This document shows, piece after piece, positions 1 through 6,129 of a stretch of 10,863 bases of DNA. Both the position numbers and the translations under genes were made by a program. Under the pieces are notes generated by a model. It worked only from the letters and a program-made list of their open reading frames with translations. It had not been told where the DNA came from and ran no database searches. The stretch's first letter is position 1. Every line of letters starts with the position of its first letter. Source of the DNA: Chlamydiota bacterium (lineage in GTDB: Bacteria > Chlamydiota > Chlamydiia > Chlamydiales > SM23-39); NCBI GenBank assembly GCA_048498835.1, contig JBEHXF010000057.1, forward strand, positions 1-10,863, written 5' to 3'.

Positions 1-180
1 TTTTATACGAATCTAATATTTAATATATCTTAATATAGTAAATGAGATCTTAATAAAACGTACTTAACCAGATTCTGGATAGTTCAAAATTTAAGAGGTC
101 TTGTTAAATCGAGAGTTGTAGAAAGAGCTATGTCGTGACAGTATTAAAAACGGGATTGTCAAAAGGCTTGTAGATTTAAG

Positions 181-215
181 AAGGGGGATTATTTAGAAAT
201 CTCCCCCTTTTATTT
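181..215. terminator. Probable intrinsic terminator, possibly bidirectional
   Basis: AAGGGGGA (181-188) pairs with TCCCCCTT (202-209) and is followed on the + strand by TTATTT. It lies about 70 nt downstream of the stop of the minus-strand thioredoxin gene; the minus-strand tail (CTTAA) is weaker. Confidence 0.55.
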
Positions 216-277
216 GAGGTTGATCCGCATGAACTATAATTTGAATTCACGGATAAACCATCATGCGAAGTTGTAAT

Positions 278-1033
278 CTACAATAGCTTTTCCTTAATTT
301 TCTTTTCTAAATCTGCCTTGTGGATCATGCCAACGTGACGATCTATCACTTTTCCGTCTTTCACAAATAGCAAAGTGGGGACGGAATGAATTTGGAGCTC
401 TTTTGCTAAATTTGTTTCACTGCTTAGATTGAGCTTTAGAAATTTCACCTTCCCTGAAAACTCATCGCTGATCTCATCGAAAATCCTTCCTAAGGTTAGG
501 CAGGGGGCGCAAAAGGGGGCGTAGACATCGATCAGAGCGCTACCTTCGTAGTCCTTGATTTCAGTGAGATAATTTTGCTCAGTTAAAGAGACGATTTTAT
601 CATGAGTTTGGCCAATTGGGATAGCATTCGTGACCAATTCTTGCATAGCGGTATAGATGGGCAGAAAGGTTTCGGTAGTACTATTGTACAACTTTTTTAG
701 TGCTTCTGATTTGTAGTATTTGAGTAAAAATTGAATCTCTTCGTGGGAGAAAATTTTAAGAAACGCCTCAGAATGTTTGAGCAAAAAATCTTGGCTAAGC
801 ATCTTTTCCTTGATTTCAGCCACTACTTGCTCGACGTTCACATCGCTTTTGGAATTGGCAATGGCCATTTGTACACATTGAGTCAACATTGGATCTAGAT
901 GATCTGGTTGGAGGGCTGAGAGGCAGATTAACTCCATAGCGTCTTGTGTTTTGCTGTCAGTGTTCTTCTCCATCTCGGCTCCATAGGTAGTGCCACATAA
1001 TAGAATCAGCGATAGAATTATTTTTCTGTGCAT
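278..1033 (-). CDS. Exported thioredoxin-domain protein with an N-terminal DUF2059-like helical domain
   Basis: Signal-peptide-like N-terminus (MHRKIILSLILLCGTTYGA). The middle segment FLKIFSHEEIQFLLKYYKSEALKKL resembles the DUF2059 pattern. The C-terminal ~105 aa is a thioredoxin fold (LIDVYAPFCAPC, KVKFLKLN, cis-Pro motif SVPTLLFVKDGKVIDRHVG). A purine-rich AAGAAGGGA lies just upstream of the ATG. Confidence 0.85.
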   Translation of the reverse strand: MHRKIILSLILLCGTTYGAEMEKNTDSKTQDAMELICLSALQPDHLDPMLTQCVQMAIANSKSDVNVEQVVAEIKEKMLSQDFLLKHSEAFLKIFSHEEIQFLLKYYKSEALKKLYNSTTETFLPIYTAMQELVTNAIPIGQTHDKIVSLTEQNYLTEIKDYEGSALIDVYAPFCAPCLTLGRIFDEISDEFSGKVKFLKLNLSSETNLAKELQIHSVPTLLFVKDGKVIDRHVGMIHKADLEKKIKEKLL

Positions 1034-1376
1034 AGTCCCTTCTTTTTAACTAATGGTATTTATTCCAGCGGAAAAAATAAAAAATGATTTTAGAAAATTC
1101 GGTAGCTTAATTTGTCAAAGATGATAGGAGATTCAATCCTTTCCGACAACGCTCCTTTTCGTAGCACTGATCTTCCCATACGCAGCCATACAATACATTA
1201 GGAGGAGTGGTGAAAACGTCTTTAGGCTTGACATTCTGAGAACTGAAGTCCAATGCAAAAATGCTTAGACTTTGTTTAGTACTATGTAACAACCTAGATC
1301 TTTTCTAGGCATCTTCCTAGAAAGTCTATGAAAAATACTGGCCAGCGTGTTTTTTTGATTTGAATAATTATGATTG

Positions 1377-2042
1377 TTAGTTACTAAATTTTGAAGAATG
1401 TTTATTTTCTTCAATTATATTGTACAAAACATTCTCAACTTTTTTGCTTAGTTTAATCATTATTAACCACATAATGGTAATAACAAAAAGTGTGGCTGTT
1501 GAAATGATAATGGAAATTTTTATGTTCTGCTCAAAGAGAAAGATAAATGAAATTCCAATGGTAATGAGTGATAAGGTGTTAGCGACGAGATAAAGAAGAC
1601 CTTGAGAAAATATTCTTTCACGGCTTTCATCAATTAGAAAAGCAATTCTCCGTGATTGGAGCAAGTAAGCATATCGCTCTTCCATTAAAATTTCTTCAAT
1701 AAGAATAGCAGACCAGAAACGATGATATACATTCATGTCTAAATGCCAAATAAGAGATATTCCTATTAGTCCTATAAGAGAAATTACAATTATTCCTATG
1801 AAGTGATTAAATAACAGCCCATTAATTTCACTAGACATAAGAAAACCAATTCCGCCAAAAGTGGCGAGAAGCCAAGTAAGGGCCATATATTTATATTTAG
1901 TTGAAATGTTTTCAAAGTGTCGCTCGAATTCAGTCAATACGGTATGCAATCCATAGATGATGGTTTTTGGACCATAGCCAACCACTTCAATTTTATACTC
2001 TGAACTTGACGAACTTTCTTCACTAAATGGTTCGTTATCCAA
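1377..2042 (-). CDS. Hypothetical integral membrane protein (about 4 TM), paralog B
   Basis: 221-aa ORF with four hydrophobic segments. It shares TWLLATFxGIG, WxxD, IExIxxE and GxxY...LITxGxS motifs with the adjacent ORF. Its start overlaps the upstream gene's end by 8 nt. Confidence 0.85.
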   Translation of the reverse strand: MDNEPFSEESSSSSEYKIEVVGYGPKTIIYGLHTVLTEFERHFENISTKYKYMALTWLLATFGGIGFLMSSEINGLLFNHFIGIIVISLIGLIGISLIWHLDMNVYHRFWSAILIEEILMEERYAYLLQSRRIAFLIDESRERIFSQGLLYLVANTLSLITIGISFIFLFEQNIKISIIISTATLFVITIMWLIMIKLSKKVENVLYNIIEENKHSSKFSN

Positions 2043-2527
2043 TTTTTTCTCTTTTTATTTTTTGCAATCTTCGATAAGGATCGTTTTTTTGCATGGAGTA
2101 GATAATTAAGTAGTTAATTCCTATGATAGAAAGCAAGGTGATAAATGGTATTGCAATACAGACATTTTTATATTTTAACTGCGTATAAAGCGTAAGGGAT
2201 GTTCCCATTGTTATTAGCAATATTGCAAAACATCCAACATAGAAAATTCCTTTAAGGTTTACGTAGCTAAGTAATGTTTTCATTTTATTTACATTATGAT
2301 AAAGGCTCGGTAGCCAATCATAATTTTTTTCTAATTCGATTCCTTCGATCACCAACGATGCTATGAATTGCTCGCAAATAATTAAATCCATATACCAGAC
2401 AAGCGAAAGTGCCGAAGAACTTGCTAGGCAGATAAAAGCGACTATTATTAAAGGATGAAAAGGTAGATTAACTTCCAGAGACGATAAAGAATAGCCTATA
2501 CCAATAAAAGTGGCTAGAAGCCAAGTA
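1857..2527. repeat. 22-nt near-identical direct repeat (copies at 1857-1878 and 2506-2527) encoding the shared TWLLATF motif
   Basis: aaaagtggcgagaagccaagta versus aaaagtggctagaagccaagta, 21/22 identical. Confidence 0.85.
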
Positions 2528-2652
2528 GAGGCGAAAGTTCTGTAGGTGGTTTGAATTCTGTTATAATGCTGTAGAGAAACAGCGATCTGCGTGTAGGAAG
2601 CGTAAATTAGTAACGAATCTTCTGTTACAGAAAATTTTTCTTCTTTACCCAT
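2035..2652 (-). CDS. Hypothetical integral membrane protein (about 4 TM), paralog A
   Basis: 205-aa ORF with four hydrophobic segments (approx. residues 40-57, 68-88, 136-156, 164-186) and a basic C-terminal tail. It aligns by eye over most of its length with the 1377-2042 protein. Confidence 0.85.
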   Translation of the reverse strand: MGKEEKFSVTEDSLLIYASYTQIAVSLQHYNRIQTTYRTFASTWLLATFIGIGYSLSSLEVNLPFHPLIIVAFICLASSSALSLVWYMDLIICEQFIASLVIEGIELEKNYDWLPSLYHNVNKMKTLLSYVNLKGIFYVGCFAILLITMGTSLTLYTQLKYKNVCIAIPFITLLSIIGINYLIIYSMQKNDPYRRLQKIKREKIG

Positions 2653-2675
2653 ATCTTTTGGTATAAAAATATGGG
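2648..2675 (-). promoter_or_regulatory. mRNA hairpin sequestering the start codon of the 2035-2652 gene
   Basis: The minus-strand RNA reads CCCAUAUUUUU-AUACCA-AAAGAUAUGGG: an 11-bp stem with one G-U pair and a 6-nt loop, with the AUG (2652-2650) in the 3' arm. There is no downstream U-tract. Confidence 0.5.
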
Positions 2676-2696
2676 ATTAAAAAGGCAAAAGAAAAG

Positions 2697-3620
2697 TTAA
2701 TTTTCGCTTTGTTGCTTTTGTAATTGATAGACTACGAAAGGAGAGTGGCTTAAATAAGCCTTGCCTAAATTAGGTGATGCTCCGTCATAGTTAAATTGTT
2801 GTCTTTCTTTTTCGCTTTTTAGTGTGGTTCTAATACTTTTGGTGACTTTTAAGCCTGTTTTTTGGAAGGCAGCCAGATAGTCTGCATCACTATAGTATCG
2901 ATTGGGTAAGGTTACTTTAGTAAGTTTTCTCCAAATTTTTTCACCACGATCCATTTTTTTAAGTGGCGTTAATAATTCTAATCTTTCATCTTTCTGCACA
3001 AATGTAGCACTTGTTAGACCATTTAAGCTATTGAGTTGACTCTGTACTAAGTCTGGAGAAGGATTGCTTGGGACGTTTTCTAAAACTTTTTCAATTTGGT
3101 CTAAGAAGAATTCATCTTCATGCGAACCATCAGTAAATACGGTATCAAGTGAATCTGGTGCAGAAATGTCAGCTGTGCCGTTAGGGACTAATACTCGACT
3201 TACTTCTTTAAAATGTGCATCAAATAGGTTAGGAGGGAGATTACAACCAACATTTATACTGATTGTGTGGTCAAAAAGATTATTATTGTAAGGTAGATCA
3301 GTTGCATCTCCTACTATAGCATCTACTTTATCGGCAACTCCGGCCTTTTTGATTGCTTCTAACGCCTCTTCAATCATTGGCGCTTGAATATCAATAGCAT
3401 CTACTCGCCTTGCAAATTTTGCGGCATATATAGCCCATGGTCCGGCTCCGCAACCAGCATCTAAAACGCGTTTATCGTGTTGTGAGGCTAAGGAATCGAT
3501 AATATGAGCGTTTAAAAAATGTGCCATATCTGTGCACACATGAGATTTAGCATATGCTTTAACTCCAGATGCACCATATTCAGTGCCTCTATCTATATGT
3601 CCTGAAAAGCTAACGCTCAT
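2697..3620 (-). CDS. Class I SAM-dependent methyltransferase with a C-terminal extension
   Basis: Motif I VLDAGCGAG, post-I VDAIDIQAPM, motif II GDATDLPYNNNLFD, motif III EVSRVLVPNG. Start placed at ATG 3620 because AAGGA (3634-3630) lies 9 nt upstream; the ORF track start is TTG 3629. Confidence 0.88.
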   Translation of the reverse strand: MSVSFSGHIDRGTEYGASGVKAYAKSHVCTDMAHFLNAHIIDSLASQHDKRVLDAGCGAGPWAIYAAKFARRVDAIDIQAPMIEEALEAIKKAGVADKVDAIVGDATDLPYNNNLFDHTISINVGCNLPPNLFDAHFKEVSRVLVPNGTADISAPDSLDTVFTDGSHEDEFFLDQIEKVLENVPSNPSPDLVQSQLNSLNGLTSATFVQKDERLELLTPLKKMDRGEKIWRKLTKVTLPNRYYSDADYLAAFQKTGLKVTKSIRTTLKSEKERQQFNYDGASPNLGKAYLSHSPFVVYQLQKQQSEN

Positions 3621-3960
3621 AATAATCAATCCTTTTTTAGATGAAGATGATTAATGTTAACAGAAGAAGAAATGATGTAGAAATAAAAAGTGGAAATTTT
3701 AAGTTCATTTATTGCCTCGTTTGTAAAGCATCTATTTTACACGTATAGTTCATTTTTTATACACGTTTTTTTAAAAAATATTTTTAGACGTGTTAAGTTG
3801 ATCGTAAGTGTCTTATTTCCAGTTTATTAATATTTTAATGGGATTGATCGAAATTAATGAATTGTTAAAATAAATTTTAAGTAATTGTGTTTGTTTTATT
3901 GGTGCTTCAATTAATTAAGTAATTCGATTATCATTCGTGCAAAATAAAGTGGGATTAATT
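3621..3960. promoter_or_regulatory. AT-rich divergent promoter region
   Basis: About 340 nt of non-coding, very AT-rich sequence between divergently oriented genes. It contains repeated ACACGT boxes. Individual promoters cannot be assigned reliably. Confidence 0.5.
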
Positions 3961-4326
3961 ATGAACGTGAATCAAGTAGCTTTTTGTACGGTGACGGCTT
4001 TGGGTGTGGGGACTGTAGGGGCGGCGGTGGCTGCGGCGGCGACGGCGGGAGCAGTGGCTGCGGTAGCTTATGCGGTATTGGCTGTGGGGTTGGGCGGAGC
4101 GGGGATTGCTGCGGTCACTGCATGGTTGGATCCGAGTTCGGAAAAGGTCGAAGATTATTTTAGAAATGTCGGTCAGCATGCCGGTTTCGCTATTGCTGGA
4201 TTAGTTCAGTTGGTTGCACAGGTTTTGGTACAGGCTGTGGTAGCTGGAGTTGCCGAAGGTGTGACGAAAGGTATTAGTAGAAAGATCGCAGGCGAAGATC
4301 AAACGATTAAGATTGTTCAGGCATAG
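3961..4326 (+). CDS. Small Ala/Gly/Val-rich hydrophobic membrane protein (Inc-like candidate)
   Basis: 121 aa from ATG 3961 (GGGA upstream; the ORF track start is GTG 3937). About 55 uncharged N-terminal residues, a short charged loop (DPSSEKVEDYFR), then a second hydrophobic/amphipathic helix. Followed by its own terminator. Confidence 0.75.
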   Translation: MNVNQVAFCTVTALGVGTVGAAVAAAATAGAVAAVAYAVLAVGLGGAGIAAVTAWLDPSSEKVEDYFRNVGQHAGFAIAGLVQLVAQVLVQAVVAGVAEGVTKGISRKIAGEDQTIKIVQA

Positions 4327-4334
4327 TTTTAGCG

Positions 4335-4364
4335 ACCCTAGGTGTTCTGCCTGGGGTTTTTCTT
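4335..4364 (+). terminator. Rho-independent terminator
   Basis: ACCCTAGG pairs with CCTGGGGT (one G-U pair) and is followed by TTTTCTT, starting 8 nt after the stop at 4326. Confidence 0.75.
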
Positions 4365-4379
4365 GTTAATTTCGTAGAG

Positions 4380-4408
4380 TTGAATTCTAAGAGTGGTTGA
4401 GATAAAGT
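4380..4408 (+). promoter_or_regulatory. Sigma70/sigma66-type promoter for the KH-rsbV-miaA operon
   Basis: TTGAAT (4380-4385), 17-nt spacer, TAAAGT (4403-4408), ending 30 nt upstream of ATG 4439 and lying just after a terminator. Confidence 0.55.
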
Positions 4409-4438
4409 GGAGTCGCAATCATTTAACGTCGTAGGGCT

Positions 4439-4672
4439 ATGGAAGAATTTGTCGCTTATTTGGTCAAGAATATGGTCAATCAACCTGAAAAGGTAGATAT
4501 TCGGTCGATGGAAGGTCAGAGCGGTTTGTTGATTGAGATTCGCGTTGCCCCAGAAGATGTGGGCAAGGTGGTTGGTAGAAAGGGAAATGTCATTAGAAGC
4601 TTGAGAACTCTAGCTGCGACGATTGGCGCAAGACTGGGTAGAAGAATTCACTTGGAAATCCTGCAGCCTTAA
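4439..4672 (+). CDS. khpA: KH-domain RNA-binding protein (KhpA/UPF0109 family, CT763-like)
   Basis: 77 aa, MEEFVAYLVKNMVNQPEKV...VAPEDVGKVVGRKGNVIRSLRT, with the KH GxxG loop (GRKG). Chlamydiae carry more than one paralog, so the symbol is family-level only. Confidence 0.88.
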   Translation: MEEFVAYLVKNMVNQPEKVDIRSMEGQSGLLIEIRVAPEDVGKVVGRKGNVIRSLRTLAATIGARLGRRIHLEILQP

Positions 4673-4681
4673 GGAGGCGAA

Positions 4682-5029
4682 ATGGGTGTTGGTCTAAGGA
4701 TTGAATTAGAGGAAATCGATCGGAAGGTGGTCCTGAGGATTGATGGAAGGATCGATGCTTCTTCGGCGCCGATTCTGGAACGGAAGTTGGTGCAGATGAT
4801 TGATGAACAACATCGGCAATTGATTTTGGATTTCACCCGGGTCGATTATTTGAGTAGCGCTGGGATGAGGGTATTGTTGTCGGCGATGAAGAAGCTGAAG
4901 GCGAAAGGGGGCAGTTTGGTCTTGTTCGCTTTAGGCGATGATGTGCTAGAGATCGTCCGGATGGCCGGCTTCGATAAGATCTTGCACATTTGCTCCAACG
5001 AAAAAGAAGCTTTGCAATTCAACAAGTGA
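4682..5029 (+). CDS. rsbV: STAS-domain anti-sigma factor antagonist (RsbV2-like)
   Basis: GRIDA and LDFTRVDYLSSAGMRVLL (containing the phospho-acceptor Ser). Strong RBS AAGGAGG at 4671-4677. Directly upstream of miaA, as recalled for chlamydial rsbV2. Confidence 0.92.
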   Translation: MGVGLRIELEEIDRKVVLRIDGRIDASSAPILERKLVQMIDEQHRQLILDFTRVDYLSSAGMRVLLSAMKKLKAKGGSLVLFALGDDVLEIVRMAGFDKILHICSNEKEALQFNK

Positions 5030-6024
5030 AATCGTCTGTACTGCGCCATCCACTTGTTTCTAGGAAGAAAGTCCCTGTAGAAGGGGCTAAGAAGCGGGTG
5101 ATCGTGATCGCAGGACCCACGGCATCGGGAAAGACGGCGCTGTCTTTATCGATCGCCGGGGTTATTGGCGGCGAGGTTGTGTCGGCCGATTCGATGCAGG
5201 TCTATCGCGGAATGGATATCGGTACAGCGAAGGCGACGGATGAAGAGAGGGCGCTTGTCGCACATCATTTGATTGATGTGAGAGATATCGACGAGCCTTT
5301 TAATGTCGCTGAGTTTTATGGGTGCTGCCAGGACTCTTTCCGGGATATTTTCCATCGGGAGAATGTGCCGATTGTTGTGGGTGGTTCTGGGTTTTATGTG
5401 CATGCACTATTGTATGGGCCGCCTGCTGGGCCGCCGTCTGTGCCGGATGTGAGAGATCAGCTGGATCGGCAGATGAGGGAGATGGGGCCGGAGATTTTAT
5501 ATGAGCGGCTGCAGATGTTGGATCCGGAGTATGCAGCGACCATTTCGGAGAGAGATCGACATAAGATTGTGCGTGCGCTGGAGATCATGGCGCTATCTGA
5601 TCAAAAGGTGAGTGATTTTCCGAAAGCAGATGGGTGGGTCGAGCAAGAATATGATTTTCGGTGCTGGTTTATCTATTACTCGAGAGAGAGTTTGTATGCG
5701 CGGATTGAGAAGCGGTGCGACGAGATGTTGGCGCGCGGCTTTTTAGATGAAGTGCGAGAATTGGATCGGAGAGGAATGAGGCTCAACTCGTCGGCAGCGC
5801 AGGCGATTGGATATAGACAAGCGCTCCAGTTTTTGGATAGCGGCCAGGGGCCACAGGATTATGAAGTTTTTGTCGCGAATTTTAAAAAGGCTTCGAGGCA
5901 CTTTGCCAAGCGGCAATTTACGTGGTTTCGGAAAGAACCGCAGTTTCGGTGGTTGAATGTGGAAGAGCACACACCGGAGAGAATTCAAGAAATTATCCTG
6001 CAAGACTTTGAGCAGGGGACCTAG
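5026..6024 (+). CDS. miaA: tRNA (adenosine(37)-N6)-dimethylallyltransferase
   Basis: P-loop GPTASGKT, DSMQVYRGMDIGTAK, HHLID, VGGSGFY, RALE, QAIGY, KRQFTWF. Start placed at GTG 5026, overlapping the rsbV stop (GTGA); the ORF track start is 4990. Confidence 0.96.
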   Translation: MKSSVLRHPLVSRKKVPVEGAKKRVIVIAGPTASGKTALSLSIAGVIGGEVVSADSMQVYRGMDIGTAKATDEERALVAHHLIDVRDIDEPFNVAEFYGCCQDSFRDIFHRENVPIVVGGSGFYVHALLYGPPAGPPSVPDVRDQLDRQMREMGPEILYERLQMLDPEYAATISERDRHKIVRALEIMALSDQKVSDFPKADGWVEQEYDFRCWFIYYSRESLYARIEKRCDEMLARGFLDEVRELDRRGMRLNSSAAQAIGYRQALQFLDSGQGPQDYEVFVANFKKASRHFAKRQFTWFRKEPQFRWLNVEEHTPERIQEIILQDFEQGT

Positions 6025-6129
6025 ATTTTCGTACAAAAAGATTCTTTTAGGATTTAAAGCTTTTAAAAAATAGGAATTTCGCTTAAATTTTTCGATGCAT
6101 TCTCGTTTTTTTTATTTAGGACTATCAAC

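Noticed and set aside
1..140. TAATAT repeats and a short open stretch ending in TGA at about 138
   Set aside because: Low-complexity AT-rich sequence. The open stretch is bounded upstream by a stop and has no convincing start. Not CRISPR-like.
1107..1292. 61-aa minus-strand ORF
   Set aside because: TTG start a few codons after an in-frame TAG, no convincing RBS and no recognisable motif. It could be a gene remnant but this is unsupported.
3064..3291. 75-aa + strand ORF
   Set aside because: Antisense shadow within the methyltransferase gene.
4990..5025. Longer miaA N-terminus from TTG 4990 (similarly HAD from 7688 and methyltransferase from 3629)
   Set aside because: The miaA and HAD extensions create long overlaps with upstream genes, and TTG 3629 abuts the RBS. 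Downstream starts fit stop/start coupling or RBS spacing better.
3955..5504. ORFs 3955-4179(-), 4846-5049(-), 5146-5403(-), 5322-5504(+)
   Set aside because: Overlap well-supported genes in antisense or alternative frames and have no motifs. The Cys/Trp richness of 5322-5504 is a by-product of G/T-rich miaA codons.
6025..6129. Near-palindrome TTTAAAGCTTTTAAA and T-run in the miaA-CT768 spacer
   Set aside because: AT-only pairing is expected by chance, and there is no GC-rich stem to support a terminator call.
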